55,924 nt of DNA from Gammaproteobacteria bacterium (GCA_034112285.1 JAWUVP010000035.1:1-55924), one strand, 5' to 3'; positions 1 to 8,478 are shown, counted from the stretch's first letter. Numbers and translations are program-made. Notes: generated from the sequence alone by a model not told the origin.

Positions 1-336
1 GCGAGGGGCTTGTTTACCCAGTTTTGCACATAAAGCTGCAATTTGTTGAGTCGTATTAACACGGCTATTCAAAATAATTTTTTTGCGTTTTTTCGTCCAG
101 CGCTTATCGCCAATATTAGCTCCGGCTAAGTTAACAATAACATCCGTGTTTTTTATTGTTTCAAGATTTAATTCTTGCCATTGCAAAGCCGTAACGCTAT
201 TTGTGAAACACCGTACAATTTTTGTTTTGTCACGTCCGACCACGGTGATTTTATCACCCAATTCAAGGCGGCTTTCAATGAAGGCTTGACCAATAAATCC
301 TGTGCCGCCGGCGACCAATATTCGTAAGTGACTCAT
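1..336 (-). CDS. TIGR01777/YfcH-family NAD-dependent epimerase-like oxidoreductase (5' part; runs off window start)
   Basis: Manual translation from ATG at 336: MSHLRILVAGGTGFIGQAFIESRLELGDKITVVGRD (Rossmann GGTGFIG). ATGA overlap with the stop of the upstream DUF523 gene. Missing from the ORF track because it is truncated. Confidence 0.8.
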   Translation of the reverse strand, partial: MSHLRILVAGGTGFIGQAFIESRLELGDKITVVGRDKTKIVRCFTNSVTALQWQELNLETIKNTDVIVNLAGANIGDKRWTKKRKKIILNSRVNTTQQIAALCAKLGKQAPR

Positions 337-1283
337 ATTACATTCCTTAAATTCAATTCATTTGGATAGGGAGACAAAAATGTTTGCTGCAGCATATACT
401 CATCCGGATATTTTCGAAAATAATGCCGCAGCAAGGTAATCGGCACCACTAAAGGTATATTGCTAAGCCGATATTGTTGAATTAACTTTTGCAGCTCTGC
501 TTTATCTTCTTTATCGAGTTGTTTTTTTAAGTAACCCACACAATGCTGTAGCAAGTTGGTTGTTTTGGCACGTGTGGCGATATATTTAAAGCCTGTCATT
601 AGCTGAGATATATAGTCGGCTGCGATATTATCAATATTTTTATCTTTTAAGTTGGACAGCATTGCCCCCAACAGTTTGTATGAAACAGGGTGATGCGCCA
701 TTAGGCTAAGCTTGTGCTGCGAATGAAAAGCAATCAAGCTTGTGGCGGTTGCGCCGGATAAGAGTAAGTTTTTCCAGCGTTTCATAATAAAAACACGTTG
801 TATAAAGTTTTCTCTTAGCATGGGGTCGCAAAGCCTACCCTCCTCTTCAATAGGCAAACTAGGGTGGTTCTGGGCTAAGGCTTTGGCAAAAATTCCTTTT
901 GCACTGGCATTAGGGTTACCATTCGCATGGTAAACTTTAACTCTTTCCATCCCACAGGTAGGTGATTTACTTTTTAAAATAAATCCACAAATTTCACTCG
1001 GTAGTGCTTGCGTGGATTGTTGGCTATAAGCTTTTAATTTTACGGTAACATCTAACTCAGAATTTTTCACACCCAATACACTTGGGTTTTGCGGATCACC
1101 CACTAAACGAATTGGCTCTCTTGGCACACCCATGCCAATTGCCACTTCGGGACAATAGGTTTTGAACTCAAAATAACGGCCCAGCGTGTCGGTAATGTAG
1201 CGGTCATGTTTGTGACCGCCATCAAAACGAACTTTGCAACCTAACAAGCATTCGCTAATGCCTATTATTATTTTTTCACTCAT
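333..1283 (-). CDS. ybgA: DUF523 + DUF1722 protein (YbgA family, 2-thiouracil desulfurase-like N-terminal domain)
   Basis: GISECLLGCKVRFDGGHK, CPEVAIGMGVPREPIRL, KSPTCG, EEEGRL; C-terminal FHSQHKL and QTFLSPYP. Confidence 0.85.
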   Translation of the reverse strand: MSEKIIIGISECLLGCKVRFDGGHKHDRYITDTLGRYFEFKTYCPEVAIGMGVPREPIRLVGDPQNPSVLGVKNSELDVTVKLKAYSQQSTQALPSEICGFILKSKSPTCGMERVKVYHANGNPNASAKGIFAKALAQNHPSLPIEEEGRLCDPMLRENFIQRVFIMKRWKNLLLSGATATSLIAFHSQHKLSLMAHHPVSYKLLGAMLSNLKDKNIDNIAADYISQLMTGFKYIATRAKTTNLLQHCVGYLKKQLDKEDKAELQKLIQQYRLSNIPLVVPITLLRHYFRKYPDEYMLQQTFLSPYPNELNLRNVI

Positions 1284-1312
1284 GTTAAATCCTTATAATC
1301 AAATTTCTAATG

Positions 1313-1945
1313 CTAGAACGTATAAATAAACTTATCACTTAATGAGGTTAAAAATGGCTGATACGTGGTTGAGGGCATTAGCGTAATCGATGCATTACCC
1401 GTAATAAAATCAAATTCAAGTGCATTGCTAAAATGTGAATTTATAACAAAGGTGGTTCCGCCACCAAAAACACCGCCCAAGCCACCTATTTTTGCTAAAG
1501 TATCCGAACGTTTTGTATAGCTTGCTCCTAGGATTGAGTACAACTCCACATTAGGATAGGCCATTACACGCAACTTGCCTAGCAAAGAATAATTTTCTGT
1601 TTTAGACGTCATCGTAAAGGGGTTAAAATCAGGAGCTGGTGCATACTCATTATATTTAGCGAAACTAATAGCTGAGTTAGCAAACTTTTGATAACGCAAC
1701 TCCACCCCATAGTGCTTACCGATATTATCGCCAATAAAAACGCCCCACGTTAAACCCGCATCTTTAGCATGGCTAGGCAGGCTTGCTTGTAAGGTGGGAT
1801 CATCTGTTTGTATTTTTGACCAGTTAGTACTGCCATAGCCCCCCAATACCCCAATGTAGATTTCATGTTGCGCCGACATAAAAGCTTGGCTGTAAACTAG
1901 AGAGCTAAATAGCAATAAAAAAGCGTAATTAGCAATTTTTATCAT
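1313..1945 (-). CDS. Outer-membrane beta-barrel protein (OmpA/OmpW-like)
   Basis: Signal peptide, amphipathic strands (YIGVLGGYGSTNW, YGVELRY), terminal aromatic residue (YTF). Confidence 0.65.
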   Translation of the reverse strand: MIKIANYAFLLLFSSLVYSQAFMSAQHEIYIGVLGGYGSTNWSKIQTDDPTLQASLPSHAKDAGLTWGVFIGDNIGKHYGVELRYQKFANSAISFAKYNEYAPAPDFNPFTMTSKTENYSLLGKLRVMAYPNVELYSILGASYTKRSDTLAKIGGLGGVFGGGTTFVINSHFSNALEFDFITGNASITLMPSTTYQPFLTSLSDKFIYTF

Positions 1946-2228
1946 AGAAACTCACACTCCATGCACACTGTGTTGGCTCACCACCATATTTTTCACATTG
2001 AGCTTGTGCACCTTGAGGCTCATTTTTGAAGAAGTTACCAAGGCTAGTTGGATTACAGATGCTTTTTATTGGAGACTTTGCTTCGCAATCGGTGATAGCA
2101 TTATTAATAACACAACTGCACTGCGTGGGAACCGTTGGATAATGTGTGGTATCTTCACAGTTATCATCAGCATAAGCTACGCTGGCAGAAAGAAGAGAAG
2201 TTAATAGTATTGTTTTGATAAGTTTCAT
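1929..2228 (-). CDS. Small secreted cysteine-rich protein (8 Cys)
   Basis: Sec signal peptide ending AYA; 8 Cys in about 79 mature residues; AAGGA Shine-Dalgarno; overlaps the start of the OMP gene. Confidence 0.7.
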   Translation of the reverse strand: MKLIKTILLTSLLSASVAYADDNCEDTTHYPTVPTQCSCVINNAITDCEAKSPIKSICNPTSLGNFFKNEPQGAQAQCEKYGGEPTQCAWSVSFYDKNC

Positions 2229-2261
2229 TGGTAGGCATCCTTGATGTAGTTAAAAAAATGG

Positions 2262-3116
2262 TTAATTTTGTTGTCGAATGCTCGCCAAAGCTTCTGAAAA
2301 ATCAGGGCTTAATCCAGTCATATTTTCCATTGTTTTTTGGTGAGCAAAATTAAATAATGTGTGCTTAGTCTCTACAACAGTATTAGTGTCGGCTTTGCTT
2401 AATTCACCAAAGCATACAATAGCATGGGGTGTAATGATATCGCCAGCAAACAGCACTTGCTCCATGGGTGTGTTGGTGCCCAGTGAAATGACTTTATAAC
2501 CCGCATTCATGCAGTGTATGGCAAACAACAAAGGTAAAAAATCATGTCGTTCGGAGGGTAACGCGGCAAACAATAGTTTAGAGCCCGTGCTCATGCTGGC
2601 TAGTTGTTGGAAGTGTGCCCCTAAACGATTGCGCACATAAGTAACAAGAAAATTTTCTTCGGCAACCGCACCTTTATATTTTGCACAAATATGGGCTTGA
2701 TACGTTTTCAACAAAGGCTGGAAAAGGCGGTTTGACACAACTTCAATCGGATAAATTGAAATAATTTCATTATAGAGACTATCGAGCTTATTAAGATTAA
2801 ATTCTTTTACTGCATTTAACATGCATACTATATAATCCGGCCAGCTAGAATAAGCGTCTTCGTCAAGCATGTCTTTTTCGTCGTCAGCAAGCTGGAGCAG
2901 CGGCCTTATTTTGCCCACTGAAACGCCGCGCTTAATATAACTCAAAATGCGCTTAACCTTTTCGACATCTTCACCATTATATAGTCGGTGCCCTTTTGGC
3001 GTACGGGTTGGGGTTAACAAGCCATAACGGCGCTCCCATGAGCGCAAGGTCATGGGGCTAATGCCCGTAGCTTGCGCAAGAACACCAATGGGAAATAAAT
3101 CTTGGGGTTGGTTCAT
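2262..3116 (-). CDS. MerR-family regulator with B12-binding-like C-terminal domain (LitR/CarH class)
   Basis: FPIGVLAQATGISPMTLRSWERRYGLLTPTRTPKGHRLY helix-turn-helix; AVAEEN and PSERHD motifs; divergent from photolyase. Start re-called at MNQPQ (3116) because the longer ORF overlaps phrB. Confidence 0.85.
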   Translation of the reverse strand: MNQPQDLFPIGVLAQATGISPMTLRSWERRYGLLTPTRTPKGHRLYNGEDVEKVKRILSYIKRGVSVGKIRPLLQLADDEKDMLDEDAYSSWPDYIVCMLNAVKEFNLNKLDSLYNEIISIYPIEVVSNRLFQPLLKTYQAHICAKYKGAVAEENFLVTYVRNRLGAHFQQLASMSTGSKLLFAALPSERHDFLPLLFAIHCMNAGYKVISLGTNTPMEQVLFAGDIITPHAIVCFGELSKADTNTVVETKHTLFNFAHQKTMENMTGLSPDFSEALASIRQQN

Positions 3117-3202
3117 GACTCTAATTATACGAATATCTATGCATAAATCAACCCAGATATACAAATTGCATAGAAATGTTAGACTGTGACAATAAATAGG
3201 AG

Positions 3203-4585
3203 ATGCCGATGACCCGCCTAGTTTGGTTGCGCCGCGATTTGCGCATACAAGACAACCCTGCTCTTTACCATGTAGGGTCAAAAAATACAGGCGCAGTGAT
3301 TGCGCTCTACACCATCGTGCCGGAATACTGGCAGCAACATAACGATGCGCCGGTTAAAATCGCATTTTGGCTAGATGCCCTTAAGAGTATGCAGCTTGCA
3401 TTAGAAAAGCTAAATATTCCCTTAATTGTGATATGCAGTAGCATAAAAGATTTGGGCCATGATATTGAACAAGTATTAATAAAGCACGACGTTGAGCATT
3501 TGTATTTTAATAAAGAATTAGAGCTCAATGAGCTGGCGCGCGATCAAGATGTTGCAAATCGCTGTCGCTTACAAAACATTCGCCTGTCCTCCTATTCGCA
3601 AAGCTGCATTTTACCGCCTGGCGAAGTGTTAAAGAAAGATAATACCCCGTATACGATTTTTACACCGTTTAAAAATCAATGGCTAAAAATGTTGCACGAA
3701 GATCATTACCAATTGTTACCTGCCCCAAAAAAACAAGAAAAAACAACCGTCACTTCAACGGAATGGACTGACATACACCGTCAGCACGAGGTTGCTTACA
3801 ACAAAAAATGTTGGCCAGCATCAGAGCAGGCTGCGCAAAAGCGTTTGCAAAAATTTGTTGCAGAAAAAATACAACATTATAACGTGGCAAGAGATGTGCC
3901 TAGCCTTAACCAAACGAGTTTACTCTCTCCTTATTTAGCGGCGGGAATTTTGTCTGCCAAGCAATGCTTGCAAGCTGCCTTACAAATTGAAAGCGGCGAA
4001 GGTCGCACCATTTGGATCAATGAATTAATATGGCGCGATTTCTACAAACATATTATGGCGCATTACCCAAAAGTCGCCAAACATAGGGCCTTTAAATTAA
4101 CCACAGAAAAAATAGTGTGGAACAATAATGACCAACACTTTAAAGCCTGGTGTGAAGGCAAGACAGGTATTCCCATTGTGGATGCCGCTATGCGCCAATT
4201 AAATCAAACCGGCTGGATGCATAACCGCTTACGTATGGTGAGTGCAATGTTTTTTAGCAAAAATTTATTTCTAGACTGGCGGCTTGGCGAGCGTTATTTT
4301 ATGCAGCAGTTAATAGATGGCGAGCTATCAGCCAATAATGGCGGCTGGCAATGGTCTGCTTCCACTGGCACCGATGCAGCACCTTATTTTCGTGTATTTA
4401 ATCCGTACCGGCAAAGTGAACGCTTTGACCCTGAAGGAAAGTTTATTAGAACCTTTTGCCCAGAGCTAGCTGAGCTGGACAATAAAACTATTCATCAACC
4501 GCCACCCATGCCAGGCTATTTCACGCCTATTGTCGACGTAAAGCAAACCCGTCAATACGCTATTGAAACCTTTAAATCTATTTAA
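3203..4585 (+). CDS. phrB: Deoxyribodipyrimidine (CPD class I) photolyase
   Basis: WLRRDLRIQDNPAL, TSLLSPYL, ELIWRDFY, GWMHNRLRM, NNGGWQW, RVFNP. Confidence 0.95.
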   Translation: MPMTRLVWLRRDLRIQDNPALYHVGSKNTGAVIALYTIVPEYWQQHNDAPVKIAFWLDALKSMQLALEKLNIPLIVICSSIKDLGHDIEQVLIKHDVEHLYFNKELELNELARDQDVANRCRLQNIRLSSYSQSCILPPGEVLKKDNTPYTIFTPFKNQWLKMLHEDHYQLLPAPKKQEKTTVTSTEWTDIHRQHEVAYNKKCWPASEQAAQKRLQKFVAEKIQHYNVARDVPSLNQTSLLSPYLAAGILSAKQCLQAALQIESGEGRTIWINELIWRDFYKHIMAHYPKVAKHRAFKLTTEKIVWNNNDQHFKAWCEGKTGIPIVDAAMRQLNQTGWMHNRLRMVSAMFFSKNLFLDWRLGERYFMQQLIDGELSANNGGWQWSASTGTDAAPYFRVFNPYRQSERFDPEGKFIRTFCPELAELDNKTIHQPPPMPGYFTPIVDVKQTRQYAIETFKSI

Positions 4586-4802
4586 TCTTTTGAAGTAAAT
4601 ATAGTTTGCGGAAACGTGCCAATACATGTCAACGCCAAAATTAAAACATAACCCATCTAACACAAGCGTACGCCTATAATAATGCTCGTGCCGTAAGTGA
4701 TAACATTTAAACAATCACCAGGGAAAACACCTAAGGATTTTAAACAGTAACCTAAAATATTTTTTTAATTGTTCGCAATAATATTTTTAAAAATTAACAC
4801 CA

Positions 4803-4835
4803 TTTAATATTACATTAATACTAGTTTACTAGACT
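4803..4835 (+). promoter_or_regulatory. PmrA-box-like tandem repeat plus -10 element
   Basis: TTTAATATT-AC-ATTAATACT-N7-TAGACT, 33 nt upstream of the ATG at 4869. Confidence 0.65.
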
Positions 4836-4868
4836 ACCTAGTAAGTTAATTTTATAAGGATATAGGTT

Positions 4869-6071
4869 ATGCCTCACCATTCTGATGATACGCAAGCAAG
4901 AGCAGATTTTTTACAATTAATATTACAAGCCATGTTTGATCGCCCTCGGTTTCGTGCTTTTCTTGGTGGGCTTGCAATAATGGTTCAAAATGGTGCGGCA
5001 GCACTTTGCTATCAAAATATAATCCATGCTTATGAAAATGCCGAGAACCCCGAGACCTGTTTTTCTATCAAAGATTTTATGAAGATTTTTGGGTACGCCT
5101 TACTTTTCTCCACCTTATTAACGATGCCTGAAATATATAAAAAGAGTATTGCCAGGCCAGGAAGGAGAGGAATTATCCTCCCTGAACATGTAAACTGCAA
5201 ATGTAAAAATTGTTTCGCCATTATCGCCTATGTCGGCTCTGCACTTGCGCGGGCAACCGCTACAACAGCTGGGATTGCTGCAGTCACTCAAAGCGGTCTC
5301 GGTTTTTTCAAAGGAGATCCTTGTCCTCCGCTCAACACCACAGGAGCAGTAGTGGCCGCTATGGCAGGTTTTTGGGTTCTGATTTTTCAATCCACCATGA
5401 ATTTGAGCATTCCAATACAAACCACAGCTCCCTGCACCGCTGTTTTCATGTACATAGGCAACTTTCTTAAACATATCCCCCTTGTTTCTCCACTCATAAT
5501 TAAAGAGATAGGGGAGTTATTCCGCAAGCAGACAGAAGGCACCATCACAAGCGAAGATAAAAGCAGCACAGCCGGGTGGCTTACAGCTTACCTGGTAATG
5601 CTATGCATAATGGGTTTCGCCCATAAAGGAAGTCTTGATTTTGTAAAGCTTGCAAGAGGAACATCAGCAGAAGACCCCAATATTCCAGGAGGACGCCGCA
5701 TTGTGAGCACAGACGAAAGAGATACGTTAATACAAAATGCAGGACGGATGCCAGGCTATCCAGCCAGCTTTGCCCAGCCATCTAGCTGGCTTAACGTTAT
5801 AGTCGCCTTAGTTTGCTCCGGCATTATGGGCTATCTTCCAGGAAAATCAATTGGTGAAGCCCTTAGCCGCGAGCTCGTGCCACATCCAGCAGCTCAGGAC
5901 ACACCACGTTTTCAGGCACCTGAAGACCCATTATCTCGCTATATGATTACGGTAGTATGCACGCTACTCATGATGGCTGGCCTGAGTGTTAATTACTATC
6001 TAGGCTTGCAAGGCTTAAGGAAGCCAAAGTGCTTAACGTCCTGCTTCAATCGTCTGCAAATCTCCGGCTAA
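4869..6071 (+). CDS. Orphan multi-pass membrane protein, candidate secreted effector
   Basis: 400-aa ORF with AGGA RBS, several hydrophobic segments, Cys-rich, no recognisable family. Confidence 0.7.
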   Translation: MPHHSDDTQARADFLQLILQAMFDRPRFRAFLGGLAIMVQNGAAALCYQNIIHAYENAENPETCFSIKDFMKIFGYALLFSTLLTMPEIYKKSIARPGRRGIILPEHVNCKCKNCFAIIAYVGSALARATATTAGIAAVTQSGLGFFKGDPCPPLNTTGAVVAAMAGFWVLIFQSTMNLSIPIQTTAPCTAVFMYIGNFLKHIPLVSPLIIKEIGELFRKQTEGTITSEDKSSTAGWLTAYLVMLCIMGFAHKGSLDFVKLARGTSAEDPNIPGGRRIVSTDERDTLIQNAGRMPGYPASFAQPSSWLNVIVALVCSGIMGYLPGKSIGEALSRELVPHPAAQDTPRFQAPEDPLSRYMITVVCTLLMMAGLSVNYYLGLQGLRKPKCLTSCFNRLQISG

Positions 6072-6497
6072 CACTTGATTAGCGGGAAAAATATATTGGC
6101 CGCAATTACCATTTTCCGGTATGGCAACTGCCGTACCGTTTGAAAAGCTCACTTGTGCTTCACAATCATTTTGAGCGCACTGGCCATTGTTATTGTCTGA
6201 GGGTAGCTGGCTGCTAGATGATAAGCAGATATCCGTTGAGCTACCAGAGGAAGAGTATTGTTTTAGGTCATATGAATTTTTACCAGCATCAATCTCACAA
6301 GCATTCATCGCAGGGGGTTGATTTTTACATTGCCCCTCAGCTGCAGGCTTATTGACGATAGCAACAACAGCAGCGATCTTGAACGGTGTGTAAATATAAC
6401 CGTGGCCTGCGTGGTTAATGATGTTGAGTGTTCTTTGGCCGGCGTAACTGGTTGCGGCAGTGGTTATTAGTAACAATAGTGCTAGTTTTTTAAACAT
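6033..6497 (-). CDS. Secreted cysteine-containing hypothetical protein
   Basis: Signal peptide MFKKLALLLLITTAATSYA; 6 Cys; own sigma70 promoter on the minus strand (TTGCTC-17-TACAAT). Confidence 0.7.
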   Translation of the reverse strand: MFKKLALLLLITTAATSYAGQRTLNIINHAGHGYIYTPFKIAAVVAIVNKPAAEGQCKNQPPAMNACEIDAGKNSYDLKQYSSSGSSTDICLSSSSQLPSDNNNGQCAQNDCEAQVSFSNGTAVAIPENGNCGQYIFPANQVLAGDLQTIEAGR

Positions 6498-6597
6498 ATC
6501 TTTCTTAATCCCTTAAGTAGTTAGTACATTTATTATTGTTATTGAGTCTGTATTGTACAAGTTGTTACATTTATGAGCAAGCAATATCTTAAAGTTC

Positions 6598-6615
6598 TGT
6601 AAGAAAAGTCGCACA
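6598..6615. promoter_or_regulatory. GacA/UvrY/VarA-type response-regulator box
   Basis: TGTAAGAAAAGTCGCACA versus consensus TGTAAG-N6-CTTACA; about 150 bp upstream of a good sigma70 promoter. Confidence 0.55.
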
Positions 6616-6730
6616 GTGTATATAAAATATACTGATATGCTTAATTTTAACTCACTCACTATTCCTAACACCCTGTTCGCACTGGAAAATAAATTTAAAC
6701 ACTAAAAATTACGCCTCAAAAGGCGTAAGG

Positions 6731-6759
6731 TTTACAATCTAAACATTACTTGCTACGCT
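6731..6759 (+). promoter_or_regulatory. sigma70 promoter
   Basis: TTTACA-17 nt-TACGCT with TGc extension. Confidence 0.55.
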
Positions 6760-6765
6760 AAGCCA

Positions 6766-6860
6766 GCAAGTCATAGAGAATTGCAACATTCCAAGGAAGG
6801 CGTGTTTACGAAAGTAAGGCCAGGATGCCCCTAACAAGGTACTGGTCTTGCCAATAATGT
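6766..6860 (+). ncRNA. Candidate Csr/Rsm-type small RNA or structured leader
   Basis: Short hairpins CC-AAGGAA-GG, GGC-CAGGAT-GCC, TTAC-GAAA-GTAA and GCAA-..AGAGA..-TTGC downstream of the GacA-type box and promoter; no clear intrinsic terminator. Confidence 0.35.
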
Positions 6861-6919
6861 TCCAAAACCTATTCTTATCCAATTATTCTCGACCCTCTAC
6901 AAAACATAGGTAAAAATTT

Positions 6920-7225
6920 ATGCCATTATTTTCTATTGTTGCCAAAGATGCCCCTAATACAACCAGCCTACTTGAACAATATCGTACAGACCATCTGGCG
7001 GCACTGGGCGAATTAAAAGCTGCAGGGAGACTCTTTACGGTCGGCCCTTTACAAGATTCCATCGAAACTAACGCAGCTCATGTGGGCAGCTTGATCATTG
7101 CAAAATTTGACACGCTGAATGAAGCAACGCATTGGTTTGAAAATGAGCCTTTTAACAAGGCAGGTATTTATAAAGAAGTCTCTATTACACCGTTTCTTGA
7201 TGCAATGACAAACATTCCTGGCTAG
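6920..7225 (+). CDS. yciI: YciI family protein
   Basis: RTDHLAAL...GRLFTVGP...GSLIIAKF...EPF..AGIY pattern. Confidence 0.85.
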   Translation: MPLFSIVAKDAPNTTSLLEQYRTDHLAALGELKAAGRLFTVGPLQDSIETNAAHVGSLIIAKFDTLNEATHWFENEPFNKAGIYKEVSITPFLDAMTNIPG

Positions 7226-7242
7226 GAAATAAAGTATCTGGA

Positions 7243-7374
7243 AACATTGATAAGTGAACGTCCTGTACGTTCACGCTAAGGCCTCCAAAACGGCTTGCAG
7301 CAGCGTCTTTGAACTTAACTCACTATAGTCATCAGAGAATCGAAACCGTCCCGATAGATGAAATTATCAATGTT
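7243..7374. repeat. 132-bp element bounded by inverted repeats, with internal hairpins (MITE-like or ncRNA)
   Basis: AACATTGATAA/TTATCAATGTT perfect 11-bp inverted repeat enclosing three internal hairpins. Confidence 0.45.
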
Positions 7375-7412
7375 GTGCTTTAATTTAGATTAGGGAAAAT
7401 TTTGAGGAAAAA

Positions 7413-7489
7413 TGGTGCGCCCGGAAGGATTCGAACCTCCGACCACCTAGTTCGTAGCCAGGTACTCTATCCAGCTGAGCTACGGGCGC
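7413..7489 (-). tRNA. tRNA-Arg (ACG)
   Basis: GCGCCCGTAGCTCAGCTGGATAGAGTACCTGGCT-ACG-AACTAGGTGGTCGGAGGTTCGAATCCTTCCGGGCGCACCA; cloverleaf, encoded CCA. Confidence 0.97.
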
Positions 7490-7562
7490 GTAAACTGCTT
7501 GGGTAAGCTGAAACGCGATTATACAAGTAAATCGCGATAGGTCAATGATTGAGTGCGGTAAT

Positions 7563-8384
7563 TTAAAACAATACGCCTAAACTTAAGCTAACAATATTCA
7601 CCCAAATTTTTTGTTTGGCGCGGCCTTCATAAACAGGGATATTCCACATATCGGCATAAGCCACTTTATCGGCAAGTTCAATATAAACAGGCTTATAAAC
7701 CACATATTGCAAACCAGCCTCTCCGCCTACTGTCCAGCCATTTAATTGCCACCAGCCATGCGTGAAGCCAACCGCGTTAGAAAACGTTTTATTGCCAACA
7801 TCATTCTTGTTACCCATAACCGTATTTTCCGCGTGAGGCAGCATAATGCCGGCCCCAGCTTTAAATACTGCCGACAAGCTGTGGCGATCTTGTATTGTGC
7901 CAATGAGCCCCAAACGACGCACAATGTTAATCATTATGTGATTTGCCCCATTGTGTAGCTTGTAATCGAAGAAATCTTTGTTTAGCGCTTCATTTTTGTT
8001 GACCGGTTTGCCATCTATTTTCCCCGTGACTTTTGAAATCTGGCCAAGGTCGGTGTTATATTTAGTGTGATCCAAGCTAAATTCCACTGCCCATTTATGC
8101 TGCGGGTCTAGGTAGCGGCCAACACGAATGTTATATTGTGGCACAGTGAGGCCTTTACCAAATACATCCGAATTCCATTGCTTGTCATCTCCGCCTGAAA
8201 CATCGTGTATAGTGAAATCATTGTTTAACGCACCCTGCTTAACATGAATGTCACTCCGGCCCCATGTGTCACCGCTGTAACCCCAAGAAGCATACCAATT
8301 GCTTTGTGCGTAGGCTGCTGATGCATTGAGAGCAAACAGACTAAGAAAACTGAGCATAATAAGGTAATGTTTTGGCTGATTCAT
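7563..8384 (-). CDS. Outer-membrane beta-barrel protein, unknown function
   Basis: Signal peptide ending AYA; beta-strands (PQYNIRVGRY, EFSLDHTKY); C-terminal SLGVLF. Confidence 0.7.
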   Translation of the reverse strand: MNQPKHYLIMLSFLSLFALNASAAYAQSNWYASWGYSGDTWGRSDIHVKQGALNNDFTIHDVSGGDDKQWNSDVFGKGLTVPQYNIRVGRYLDPQHKWAVEFSLDHTKYNTDLGQISKVTGKIDGKPVNKNEALNKDFFDYKLHNGANHIMINIVRRLGLIGTIQDRHSLSAVFKAGAGIMLPHAENTVMGNKNDVGNKTFSNAVGFTHGWWQLNGWTVGGEAGLQYVVYKPVYIELADKVAYADMWNIPVYEGRAKQKIWVNIVSLSLGVLF

Positions 8385-8478
8385 GGTGGTTCCTGCTGCT
8401 AATTTGCGAGGATTTTACCTTACTTTAAGATTTTTTCCAGTTATAATACATGACAAGCTAGGGAATTCACTGGCTTCT

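Noticed and set aside
3117-3281. 55-aa N-terminal extension of the MerR regulator in the ORF track
   Set aside because: It overlaps phrB and the shared promoter region; the MerR domain starts right after Met at 3116.
4586-4745. Minus-strand hydrophobic reading (KSLGVFPGDCLNVITYG...*MGYVLILALTC) or the 82-aa ORF 4466-4714
   Set aside because: Short, interrupted or overlapping phrB, with no recognisable family; could be a gene remnant but cannot be supported.
7243-7374. Hammerhead ribozyme or retron ncRNA
   Set aside because: CTGATGA is present on the minus strand but no correctly placed GAAA core follows; no reverse transcriptase is nearby.
7413-7489. tRNA-anchored genomic island or prophage
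   Set aside because: No integrase and no duplicated tRNA 3' end (att site) seen in the window.
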